Source of the DNA: Dimorphilus gyrociliatus
Lineage: Eukaryota; Animalia; Annelida
Length of the DNA: 64,000 bases
Assembly (NCBI GenBank): GCA_904063045.1
Contig: CAJFCJ010000049.1
Location: 62,001 to 126,000 of the forward strand
Reading direction: 5' to 3'
This document shows positions 25,348-37,250 of this stretch, piece after piece (the stretch's first letter is position 1; the number at the start of each line of letters is the position of its first letter). Below the pieces are notes generated by a model. The model ran no database searches, was not told where the DNA came from, and saw nothing but the letters and a program-made list of their open reading frames with translations. The position numbers and the translations under genes are program-made.

Positions 25348-26419
25348 TCCGCTTAAAAATAGTGCCTTCACCAAGTAGAGAAGACACAATGGAGTAAAAT
25401 TATTATACAAAAGCTGCTAAAATATTTAAGAATATATTGTATACATACCAATAAGAGAGCAATTGTCCAATACTTCAATCTCAAAAATAAGATATAAATG
25501 ATTCCATAATAAGAATACAAGTGGCCATTACTTAAAAGTGTTGCCTAAAATACTACGAACAACAGAACAACTGATCACTTTTTAATCAGTGTAAATTTTT
25601 GTTAGCCTTGTATTATCTACTTTCTTTTAATCCTATGCTCTTTCTAAAATATATGAAGTACATCATTAATTATGTGGTTATTAAAAACTATACAACAATA
25701 AATAATCAACATAAATACAAATTGATGTTTATTTTTGTTGGTTACTCATCTACTAGTTTTTTCTGGAGTTAAATATATTGTTATATAGCCTTAGTGGTAT
25801 TACTGACCAAATAATCTAATAGGTTATATTTAAAAGAAAAGGCGGTCGACGAGCCCGATGAATGGTCTTGGCTATGTGCCAAGTTTTATCCCCTATACGT
25901 TATGTTATTTTTACTTTTAAATATGTTAGTTAAGTTAAGACAATATCACTTTTTCTGTCATTCATCAACAACAGATCTATCTTTAATTATTATTTAACAT
26001 TACTAGTATAAACAAAAGTCTTTCTAACATTTTAAATATTTGCAATAAAGTTATCAAGTGTTTTTGGGTATAGAGCATCAATAACATTGAGTAGCCAACA
26101 GTCTATTTTTCCTCTTGAAATGATTTGGCTTGAAAAAACATTCTCATTTATTTTCAGTGCAGTTCTCTTTGAGTTTGAGTAGATTGGAAAAATTGACATG
26201 ATTGATTCCTTGCCAAGCCCAAAAGTCCACCAGGTGACTTATATCTGTTGTTATCATTGATAAAAACATCCGGATAAACACCCACCATAGAATTCATTGA
26301 TTTCTTTACAAGGAAACTATGTTCTTTCAGAGTGTTCTCATTTCTTGAGATTGTAAAATATAATAAATTATTTTGGGACCGGTCCAAAACGACCATAAAT
26401 AAAATATTTGAAGTTTAGA

Positions 26420-26576
26420 TTTCAAGCTGGGAAATGGTTAGGAGGGATAAGTATTGATATGTACTTAGGTGGGTCCCATCTAAGGGTTAGGGGTATTGAA
26501 AAAGGTTAATCAAAAGCAAGGGCTGGGTTAGGGTTAGGGTAAAACAATAGATTTATGGCCTTTTTCTACCACATCC
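26420..26576 (+). mobile_element. Arm of TTAGGG/G4-containing non-autonomous TIR element
   Basis: GAAATGGTTAGGAGG...TAAGGGTTAGGGG...GGGCTGGGTTAGGGTTAGGGTAAAAC...TTTTCTACCACATCC, collinear with 40778-40928 and with the reverse complement of 41658-41810. Confidence 0.85.
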
Positions 26577-26604
26577 AATTATTTTGAATACTTTAAGTAA
26601 TATC

Positions 26605-27095
26605 TTTATGCTTTACATGAAATTTAAATAATTCATCATTCCATTCACCAAAATTTGTGCCTCGCCAAAAAATTGTTTAGATCTAACTTGAAAATGTTGA
26701 CTATCAATATGAAATTGCATTTCATGCATATAGTAATCATCCTGCAACAAATATAGTAATATTTTCTTGTTTATTATGGAAAATCTCGATTCTGTAACTT
26801 TTACTAGAAGTGACATCAAAACATATGTTTATTTAGGCCGTTATCATTTTCATCTGGAACAAGTAGTATAAAGTGAATGTCACCATTTCCACTAGTTGGA
26901 TCAGTAACTCGTATATAAAAAGTTTTAGCGCTTTCTTTAGAGCAATCAAGTCGTCGAACATTAATAGTTTCTATGCCCTCTGTTTGATCATCAGATACAA
27001 TGGATACAGTTGCGGTTTTCACTTCATTAGGACCCAAAAAAAATGGGTTTGCTCCAACAGGAGAATAATCAGGATTAGATGATGTCATCCTTCAA
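26605..27095 (-). pseudogene. Calx-beta-like + GD(P/I)HF (ITIH-C/VWD-like) extracellular protein fragment
   Basis: TATVSIVSDDQTEGIETI; GNGDIHF...FDVT...LQDDYYMHE, paralogous to 29.6-30.3 kb. Frameshifted and truncated. Confidence 0.55.
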
Positions 27096-27106
27096 GATAA
27101 AAGTTA

Positions 27107-28974
27107 ATTTTAATATTGTAATTGTATTGAAAAAGATATTGTGAGCACCTCTAGAAATCACTTGTTTGATATATTTTTACTTGATGAATCTTTTGGTTCT
27201 GATTCATCTTCCATAAAAATTCAACCAAAAGAGTATGGACCATTGGGCAAAAATCTTGGATTTAATACAATTGTAGTCATTGCATACGGTTAATTTTTTT
27301 TTCTGCTTAAATATTTTATGACATTATCAAAGTTAAAAAGTTATGATTGTTTACAATTATAGATGTAGATAAGTCATCCTCTAAATATGAAGAGTACGAT
27401 AATGTTGCTGAACTGGAATCGGGTGCAACTTGCAATCATTCATCTTCTCTTCCCGGCAAAGAATGCCAGAGGGCAATTGATTGGAATTTATCTGAAAGTT
27501 GGAATGCAATTTGCACTGGTGGTGTATCGTGTACTGATCAATACATCACTATCAATTTTATAAGACCAATAATACCATACTTAGTAACTGTAGCTAAAAA
27601 GTTTGAATTGCTTAAATATTCATATCAAAACAATATTTCAAATATTCACTCACCCACCCTCTTTCTTTTCTCTTTACAGATTTGGTCATTTCTATATAAA
27701 GGATTTGGAAGTTCATTGGTCATCTGGCCATATTCAATTAGAACGTTTACAAGCAATACTCTATACCCAAAGTATTTATCATTCAAATGAAATTAGCATT
27801 GAAACTGGATTCAAATTAACAATTAAAAGCTCATATAGTGGAGATAATCTTGGATTTAGAAATATTTTCGTATTTTCAAAAAGTAAATACAACATAATTT
27901 CCCAATTAAAAAAATTGAACATTGATATATTTTGTCAGGAAATACTGAACATGTTTATTCAATTCAAGAAATTTCTCCTGTTATCTATTATATTCCAGGA
28001 GAATATCAAAATAATTTTAGAACTTTAAAATTCAAAGTTTATGCCCAGGGAAAATCAAATCAAACTGAAAATTGTTCATCTATTATAATTGGTTTTAAAG
28101 ATAATAATGCAAAGCAATTTCAAATTCATATGAATGTTATAGAAGATAATGAAAATTATCTTATGTTTACAATCTTTAAACCAACAGAAAGAATTGAAAA
28201 ATTTCATTTAAAAAGTTCATTAGTAAAATGTAATAAGTGGAGTGAATTTTGGTTGGAAATTTTTTCAGAAAAAGTGTGTTTTGGATCTGGTAAAGGATAT
28301 GGTATTGATACTTTAGCTGAAGTCAGTTTAAACACATCAGACATCTTCAAAGAGATTCTATTAAGTAACTCTGAGACAGATGTCATCAATCAGTTTCAAA
28401 TTACTGACATAGGTATAATAGATTGTTTATAGGGGTCAAAGTAAAGTCCGACTGTAAACTCTAATATCAAGGTTGTCTTAGTCTGACCCCTAAATATACA
28501 ATAACATAACATTAACTCCTAATCATATTTTTCTTTTTCCTTCTTCATTAAGATGGCTCAAAAATATTCCCATTTGGTAAACAACAATGCTTTTCTGGCG
28601 AATACTACTCAATTATCGACAGATCGTATGATACCTGCTTAAAAATTCAAAATGAATATACAGTACTTGACCTAATTAGTGAAAATGGTAAATTTGAAAC
28701 TAAGATCCTTCAACCATTAGTTGTATTTAAAAAATATAATGAAAATATTAAAAACGTTGTTGTAGACCTTTTTTTTACACTTAAAACTCCAACAAATGTT
28801 AAAATTGTAAGATTTCATAAATTACAAAAAATATATCAACAGAAATCTTATATTATTTTGAAACCTGCAAAGAAATTTTCACCTATAAATGGTTTGACAA
28901 CTTCTAAAATTTCAATTCATATTACTATTAATAAAGTAGATATAGATGATATAGCATTATGTGAAATTTTTTAA
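27107..28974 (+). pseudogene. 2x discoidin-like + FAMeT-like paralog A3, 5'-truncated
   Basis: LESGATCNHSS..CQRAIDW..WNAIC..CTDQYITINF; LKFKV..CSSIIIGFK..CNKWSEFW..FGSGKGYG; ends LCEIF*. The signal exon and most of domain 1 are missing. Confidence 0.7.
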
Positions 28975-30282
28975 TAATATATACAATTTAACAATTATTG
29001 GTGTTTTTGTTTCTTTGTTTTCAAATGTGAAAATGTTTAAAATTGAGTAGTTTTTGTGTAGTTTTCTTCAAAAGCATATAGAATGTCACCACTTTCAAAT
29101 AATTTGTTCAATTTACTGAACAAAACAATGCATACCTGCTATGTTGTGTGTCAGTGTGTTTCATGTCAGTATAAATGTGTGCAAAAGAAAATGAGTGAGT
29201 GTTCATCTTGTCATGAGGATGGGTGACCTGACGTAACGTTCTCGAGCATCAGTTTGACTTTATATCAAGTAATCGCAAATGTGACACCATTAACGTGGAC
29301 GAGTTGTATCAGGAACTCAGTAAAAGGATATGATGAACATTAAGGAAAGTATAAAAAGGAGAAAATGCAAAAGTATATTGTGAAAGAAGAAAATGAAATT
29401 GAAACGAATTTACTAATTTATAAATATTGCATGTTAAAAATCTTTTGGAATAAAAAATCTTGTTTTAATCGATTTTAAAAAAGAAAGATAAAAAAGATAA
29501 TATCTATGGAGTTTTTAAGTGAGAGGGCTGGGGGAAACAACCATTTACTCCAAAAGATAATAGATAGATATAATTATTAGTTGAAAATGTTTCAACTTGA
29601 ACTGATTTACTTTATCTTCTCTTCCTAATTTCTTGTGTAGTTTTTACCAATAAAATGCATTGGTGTTTTTGGGCAACAATATCTTGGAGTGACACTAACC
29701 AACATTTATGATTATTCCTACCCTTTAATTCAGCTTTTACCAATAAATTATTTATGTAGATTACTACTATATTATCATTTTGAATTGGATATTCAAAAGT
29801 TAGATGTTTATTTCCAATAAATCCAATTAGACCACCAAATCTAACATTATTAAGAATTTGATTACCAAAGTTAACATTTAAATATTTGGCAATAACGGGA
29901 TTAAATGATCTTGTAATTTGTATTGAAATTTCCTTATCTTCTTTTCTAACAATAAGGCTAATCTGATTGTTATAAATGGAGAATTTAAGATTATCATAAT
30001 TATTTACATAATTGAAATTCTTCCATTGAAAAGTTCCGACATTATTTATTAAAATTGAACCATTTTCAACAAAACTTTTCTTTCCAGAGTGATGTATAAC
30101 TATCTTGTGCATACATTATTCATCAAGAAGGACACCTTCAATAATTGTGTTTGTAAATTTGTCCTCTAAGATATAAATTTTGTCGCCAGATTGTCCAGTA
30201 ACGTCGTAACAAATCGATTGTCGTTCTTTTGTTGTTGAATCGGTAACAGTTTGTATAAAATGAGGATCGCCGCTAGCTCCTA

Positions 30283-31924
30283 CAGTACCGGCGGTAAGTC
30301 ACTGTTACACCTCAAAAAAATAATATTTTCTTGATTTTTTCTCTTCCCGCGCCTAAAGAATGAAAATGAAGGATATTATTATATTTAATAATATTCTTCT
30401 TATCATTATAGAAAGAAAATATATGTTTTTAATTTAAAATCTCAGAAATATGATCACTTTAATGTGATAGGCCTATTTATGGAAAAGCACAAGCATCAGT
30501 TATGTTCAAAAAATTTACCCTGATCATTGAGTAGTGTCACTTTTAACCAGATTTTAAGGTCATTTATGTGTTTGCTCATGTGTAATCTAACAGTTGACAA
30601 ATTTAAAATAAAAATGGTGAAGCTATCTGAAGCAACAAGAATTTCTATCTTAAATTGTCTTCAAAGACCAGAAATGTCCATTCAAAAAGTGGCAAAGCTT
30701 TTTAAATGTAGTCCAACTACTGTACAAAATATAAAAAATAAATTTAAAGAGCTAAAAATGATAAAAGATAAGCAAAGAAGTGGTAGACCAAAAAAAGTGA
30801 CACCAAAGATGGAAAGGCAAATTACCAGGGCATCTAAATCAAACCCCAAGTGGACGGCCCATCAGGTATTATATAATTCTGGTATACCAATATCTCTTTC
30901 TCTAACAACAGTGAAGCAGGTACTACGAAAAAATAACTTAAATGGGAGAATTGCAGCCAAAAATCCTGCTTTATCTAAGAGGCAGATAATAAGTAGGAAA
31001 GAGTTCTGTAGAGAGAGAGAAAACTGGGGGATTGAAAATTGGAAAAAAGTAATTTTTTCTGATGAATCAAAGGTTGAGCTGCATCCTAGGAGAAGGGAGT
31101 TTGTTAGAAGGCCACCAGGTAAACGGAATGACCCCAAATATACCACAAAAACAGTAAAATTTGGGGGAGGGATTATAATGGTGTTTGGCTACATAAAGTT
31201 CAATGGAGATAGGGGCCTAGCTTTAGTGTCTAATCACATGACAGCTTCGGATTATGTCAAAATTTTGAGCAGTCATGTTGTCCCAAATTATAGGAGAGGG
31301 GAAATTTTCCAGCAGGATGGGGCTAGCTGTCATACAGCAGCCAGAACAAAAGTGTACCTCGAGAGAAAGGGAGTAGAAACACTGGATCCATGGCCAGCAA
31401 ACAGCCCAGACCTGAACATAATTGAGCAAATATGGGGCATATGCAAAAAACATTTAATGGCACATAAGCCAAGAAACAAGGATGAGCTGTGGGAGATGTT
31501 CAGAGAGGAATTTTATAAAATTTCAGAATTGGAAATTCAATTCTTATATGAGACAATGGAAAGAAGGCTTAGGGCAGTTGTAGAAGCTAAGGGTATGCAC
31601 ACAAAATATTAAGGCATTAAAAAATATAATATCCTGTAAATAACAGTCAAAATAAGAACAAAAAAATACTTTTAATATTCTTTTAGAGTAATTTTTGTGA
31701 TTGTAAAAAGTACTTATGCTCCCATTGAAAATAGGCCTACCACATTAAAATATCAATAATTCAGAGATTTGAAATGAAAAACGTATATTTTCTCTCTATA
31801 ATGATAAGAAGAATATTACTAAATATAATAATATCCTTCATTTTCATTCTTTAGGCGCGGAAAGAGAAAAAATCAAGAAAATATTATTTTTTTGAGGTGT
31901 AACAGTGACTTACCGCCGGCACTG
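30283..31924 (+). mobile_element. Full-length Tc1/mariner element, about 205-bp TIRs, TA TSD
   Basis: TA|CAGTACCGGCGGTAAGTCACTGTTACACCTC ... GAGGTGTAACAGTGACTTACCGCCGGCACTG|TA; inverted similarity extends to about 30490 and 31716. Confidence 0.97.
30614..31612 (+). CDS. Tc1-type transposase, 332 aa, DD35E catalytic spacing
   Basis: Paired-like HTH with SGRPKK, IFSDESK, FQQDGASCH and WPANSPDLNIIE; 35 residues lie between the second D and the E. The ORF is uninterrupted. Confidence 0.95.
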   Translation: MVKLSEATRISILNCLQRPEMSIQKVAKLFKCSPTTVQNIKNKFKELKMIKDKQRSGRPKKVTPKMERQITRASKSNPKWTAHQVLYNSGIPISLSLTTVKQVLRKNNLNGRIAAKNPALSKRQIISRKEFCRERENWGIENWKKVIFSDESKVELHPRRREFVRRPPGKRNDPKYTTKTVKFGGGIIMVFGYIKFNGDRGLALVSNHMTASDYVKILSSHVVPNYRRGEIFQQDGASCHTAARTKVYLERKGVETLDPWPANSPDLNIIEQIWGICKKHLMAHKPRNKDELWEMFREEFYKISELEIQFLYETMERRLRAVVEAKGMHTKY

Positions 31925-33670
31925 TATATATAAATGACGATGCTATATTATAAAGGTTAACCTTTGTTTAGTAAACAAACCTTGGTCATTGCAAGTATTT
32001 TCAAATGTAGGCGTTCCGATATCACTTACAATCTTCCATGACTCTGGAGACTTAACAACATATCGGCATCTCTCAGCAACCATTCAAGAACCAATTACTA
32101 AATGTTTTTCAAACCAGGGAGACTGATTAGTCAAACTTGTACAAGGAGCTTCTGCAGCAAAGTAGATTATGTCAATCTCGGCTGAATTTCAGTGAGTATC
32201 TGAAAGATTTCAAATGTTAGTTCCTTCTTCAAAATAAAGAAAGACAAGACTTACTATCAATCAATACCAGTTTTCCTGGTATTGTAATGTCTATGTCCAA
32301 GGGAAGTGAATCTGTTTGTCTCCTTTTCCTATTTGAATTTACAGTAAAGCTAAAAACTATGATCGCATTTTCATTAATTTGCCCCAATAGAGTAGCTGTT
32401 CTGAATGATATATTACCAATATTCTTGAAATAACTTATACTGAAACTTCCCAAATTCATTTCTTCTTGTGCATAGTTTTTTACTTCTATCTATGATTTTC
32501 CAGGCTTATTTCATTGAAGTAAACACTGTATTTAATACAATTAAAAAGAGCAACCAAAAGACATATTTTCCAAACTGATATCATGTTCAGTTTGCTGTTT
32601 AAACTGGGTTATGAAAATTCCTCAAAACTTTGATATTTAAGGTAAAACTACTCTATAGAATGTTTATTCTTTTGTTTACAGTAAAAGTAAAGATTCTATA
32701 ACTACAAGAAAGAGAAACGACCTACAAAATTGAATAAATAAATACTTTTAACAAAACTATTTCATAAGAAATAGATATTTATGCTGAAAAAACTTTTAGT
32801 ATAAATTTTATGTCTTTTTTTTCTCTACTCATGGAAGGGTCACCCTCTGTGGAAGATATGTTCATTAGATGTTAATCAACAATTGCAATTGTAAAGGGAG
32901 TGAAAACGGATCCACGCCCCAAGAAAAATGACTATAGTTATTGCCTAGTTGTTGTCATTGACAGAAATTTAGGGGTTTTGCTCTCAAAACAGAAAATACA
33001 GTCTTTTTTCATATAGAATAATCAGCCTTCAGTTTTAAATAAACATAAAAGAATGGTAAATCATAAATGACGAAGCACTACTACATATCCTTGGTTGTAT
33101 TGTCCTAATCTAAGTGCTATCTATCACTCACTTACGGAACATTCTAAGCACTTGTTCAAGTATATCTCCAAGGTCGAGATGATATGATTTATATAATCTG
33201 TAAATTTCAAAGCGCCGACAAAACAACTCTTTATACAGGTTTATATTATACACATTCATTTCATCTTTCAGGAAAAAAATAATATTTATCCTTGACCTTT
33301 TTCACATTTAGACTATTTTCAAATAAAATCATTAGTGTTAACTAGTTTTCTTCAACATTGAACTAATCAAAAGTATTAAGTAGAATATCAACATTTTAGT
33401 ATAAAGAAATTACTAACCCTGAAATGACCACGTGATTGAATATTGTGGTGCTATTATATAGCTATACAGGATGATGAAGCTTAGAGCTCAATTCTAGTTT
33501 AATGCTACTTAGCTATATAGTGGGGCAAATCTGACTTATGAATATGTACAAGGTATATTTCAAATGCTATTGGTTAATGATTGGAAGAATCCATAACATA
33601 ATATACATAATACTCATGCAATTTAGGTTGATATTTTATTATCAATTTTTAAATGAGATTTATGATAAAT

Positions 33671-35021
33671 TTAGTAGTGTAAATATATAAATAGTTCTTT
33701 ATAGTATGATTGAAAATTTGATAAATAAATCATTGAAAGTGATATACATTCAAAAGTATTACAATTGCAAAGATATTTGCATTCATCAGTCATATCTCTC
33801 TCTGTAAAATATCCATCATTTGAATCTAATAATTGACATTCATTAATAGTTTCTTGTCCATTTTTATCATAAAATGTTGTCATGAAATTAATAAATCTCT
33901 TTTGGCAATTATTCTCTAAATCTATTCCTTTTAAGACAATTTCAAAAATGGATAGTTTATATTTTGATATATCTGATGTATATATTATATTTCCATTACA
34001 ATCTTTTGATTGAACATTACCAATATAGAAATAGTCTGTTTCGTTGTAAATAATTACATTTAATATTAGATTTTCATTGAGATTATAGCCAAAAACATCT
34101 AATTCACACATGATAAGGGTTCCGGAGTTGGCGACAATGATGGCTGATAAATAACGGCCTATTGTTGATTTTGGACATCTCATTGTTAAATAGGGTGGTA
34201 ATTTTCCATCATAATAGCCACATACTGAAGGAAGTTGAGGTGTTGGGATAACGTTGTCTTTGGAAACGGCAATACGAAGATTTTTTAGTCTATCAGCATG
34301 CTGTCCTCTACCAATTATTGTTACAGCTAAAATTTGACTTGTTTCCGCTAAATCAACCTTCCACCATGGGTTATTTTGGGTAGCAGTATGAGCACATATT
34401 AAACCATTTCTCCCAAATACCCAATTAACTTCGCCATTGATCGCAACTGCATGATTTGGTGCACTTGGATGATTACTACTTCCAGTTGCTTGTTTATTTT
34501 TAGCAATATTTGGCAAACTCCATATTTCAATTTGACATAGATTTAATACGTCATTAACCTTTCTATAAAAAATAACTGTACTCGCAAAATGAGGTTTGTC
34601 AGCGTAATTCATTGTCTTTGAACGAGAGTGACCAACTGCAGTATTAAGGGAAAAAAAATGTTTTGAATTGCTTGACGTCAATTGTCGAAATATCTCTTGA
34701 CAATTTCGTTCCAACAATTAAATTATTCAATTTTTCTGGTGATGTTGACCTATTTAAAATTCTTATTGTTCTAATAATATAGGATCTTTCAAATTGAATA
34801 AGAAACCATGGTGTATCTTGAATTTGAGTATGACTACAACTTGTACTATGCATATTAGTTTCAAATCTCCCATTAACAGCCAAATAATCAAAGCTTGTAG
34901 TTAGTATTGAAGACATCTTGGAAAATTGTTTATAAGCAATATTTACATGTTTATAATTATCAGCATGTAAATTACAACAACTTGTAAAGAGTATCAGTAT
35001 CCAATACAATGTTTTAGACAT
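33671..35021 (-). CDS. Secreted tandem F-type lectin (2x FTP/fucolectin) + C-terminal module; one frameshift in a T-run near 34655
   Basis: Signal MSKTLYWILILFTSCC; NIA..K.A..SS, AVNG, CSHT/CAHT..PWW.VDL, LKNLRIAVS, C..GRYL, LIMCELDVFG. Confidence 0.85.
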
Positions 35022-35915
35022 TCTTACAAACTGCACAACTTTTCAACTGCAAAACATCAAACATTGATTCAATAGGCATTTGAATACAATTTTCTCTTTA
35101 AACTTTTATGTATATATAAAATTTTCAATTCTGTTTTTGAGGTGGAATACAAAAGAATCTGAAAATTATTATTAACACAATTTCAAATTTCTGCCAAAGG
35201 ATGGATGTTTTTACGATTTCAATTTTTCTTTGCTGTCTACATTCAGCAATTTTTTTATATAGTTTTATCAGAACGAATACATGTACTGTATAATGAATAA
35301 ATGATACATCACACCATTGACAGACAGAAAGGAAATATATTTTTTTTACAGATTCATGGCAATATTTTCAGACAAACTTAGATATTGGAGCTCTCTATGA
35401 AAAACCGGACAAGTGATTTATTAATATAAAATCCATTTTTTGGCTGGCTATTGTCTAATGAAATACTAATTTAAATATCATATATGTAATTTTCAATAGT
35501 ATTTCATTAATACATTTATGTTTTTTTTATAGTATTCATTTTTTATTTGTCATTTTATTCTCTGAAATTGTTAATACTCTGCCAGGATTATTCCACTGTC
35601 TTGGTTGCTAAAGCAACAATTAGTTTATTAATTTAATCTTTTATGCGAAAAGTGAATATCTTTATATGATGAAAGATATTTTAATACTAAAGAGGGCACC
35701 ACAGGGACCTTAGACTTTGGTTATTCATTTATGAACACTTAATGTAATAAAATATTCATGGAATGTTCTGTTTTTTAACATATATGAATAAATTGAAAGA
35801 GAAAATAATGATTGATGTTTGTTAATTGACGCAGAATTGAATCTAATTTATATAAATAAATAAACTATTTGCATGTAATAATTATGTTGCTATAGAAATG
35901 ATATATTCAAAACAA

Positions 35916-36460
35916 TCATTCTAGGTTTGTTATTTCGTAATTGCATATTTTCATATTTTCTTCACTTGCTGCAAAACCTTTAACGTATACAGCTTGACAG
36001 TACTCTTCTCCACAAATACACGAATAAATACAAAAACTATTACCATCTCCATCAATTAGCTTACAAGCGAAATATTTTCCACGAAAATCTGGTTCCAATT
36101 CCACAGTATCCGGCTTGTACACCAACAATCCAGATTTTTGTAAACCGTATTGAATATTAATACAATTTTGTAGGTTAACACCTTGAATTTGAATTTGAAA
36201 ATTTGTAAATTTTGAATTGACAGTTGGCCATGGAATTCGTAAATAAAATATCTTATTTGTTAGAATGTCAACGCAAGTGTTATCAGTTTTATGATCTAAA
36301 ACATTTCGAATATTCACGCTATTCGAGCTCTTTTCATCCTCAAATATTGGTCCATTTGCACAGGAATGAGCTACAACTGACTTACGACTCACTGCCAAGT
36401 TGTAGTCGCAAGTTGAAGCTGTTGATGTAAAGATTGAACATGCGTTAGGCCTATTATCGG
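35916..36460 (-). pseudogene. Orphan C-terminal cysteine module exon, truncated by a MULE end
   Basis: Open frame ending ACKLI..CIYSCIC..CQAVYV..KICNYEITNLE*, abutting MULE terminal repeats at 36464. Confidence 0.55.
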
Positions 36461-36463
36461 GAA

Positions 36464-36975
36464 GAGTATGGGAAAAAACGTCCTTGGGAAAAAACGTCCC
36501 TGGGAAAAAACGTCCCAAGGTTGGGAAAAACAAGTAGTGGGAAAAGATATTTGAATTTTAAAAAAGATTGCTCTATTTTTGGAACCAATGCCAATATACT
36601 GAGAATATAATAATTAATAATGAATGTATGTTTATTAAAATGTATTAAAAATGAAAAAAGCTAAGAATGTTATACAAAGTTTGAAAGTTACTAGAATAAA
36701 GTAAAAAGTATGTTAAGACACTGAGAATTATTTTGAATAGATTAATGCAATCTTCTGCAAGAGGACAGCATATGTAATCATTACCAATTTGTATTCATCC
36801 CAAACAGCAAACACTTGGTTCTGCTTCTGGATGACACTTTTCTTCTGATACTTCTTTAGCCTTTTTTCTGATAGAAGTTTCTCTAGCACTGGAATAAGAC
36901 TTGATTCCTGTTTTAAAATATCTATGAGCATATAAAATGGCCCTTTTATAATTTCTTTTAAACTGTATTTTAATC
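36464..36975 (-). mobile_element. MULE 3' end remnant (terminal repeats + transposase C-terminus)
   Basis: GAGTATGGGAAAAAACGTCC followed by two more GGAAAAAACGTCC copies; LKQESSLIPVLEKLLSEKRLKKYQKK..WDEY matches the MULE C-terminus. Confidence 0.85.
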
Positions 36976-36984
36976 CATGATCTT

Positions 36985-37250
36985 AACAGTGATAACGTCG
37001 GCAATGTGACGCCCAATCTTGATTATTCAGCCAACTCGGTTCCAGCGCATTTTCGCAACTAAATCTATATTCTCCTGACCAATAAGTAGAAAATGCTGTC
37101 TGGCAAGTTGCCAAATTTCTTTTACTCGCTATATTCAGTAGTTTTCCATCTTATATTTTGGACAAAAAGGAATGTTTGTCACAGAAATAGTGTTTGTCTA
37201 TTTTGATATTTAAATCTATATTTACTTAACGTGAATCCATCAGAAAGCTG
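36985..37250 (-). pseudogene. 5' fragment of discoidin-family paralog A6
   Basis: IASKRNLATCQTAFS..FSCENALEPSWLNNQDWASHC matches domain 1 of A2/A5 and is cut at the MULE remnant. Confidence 0.7.

Larger units (their letters stand above)
29612..32500 (-). pseudogene. Extracellular protein with GDPHF (ITIH-C/VWD-like) C-terminal domain, interrupted by Tc1
   Basis: ..CNDQG|ASGDPHFIQTV, then a frameshift to CYDVTGQSGDKIYILED..LLDE*CMHKIVI..FGGLIGFIGN. Upstream exons contain RKRRQ (furin-like site) and stop codons. Confidence 0.6.

Noticed and set aside
26520-26539. True interstitial telomere or chromosome-fusion scar
   Set aside because: Only two TTAGGG units are embedded in a conserved dispersed arm ending in a MULE-type terminus.
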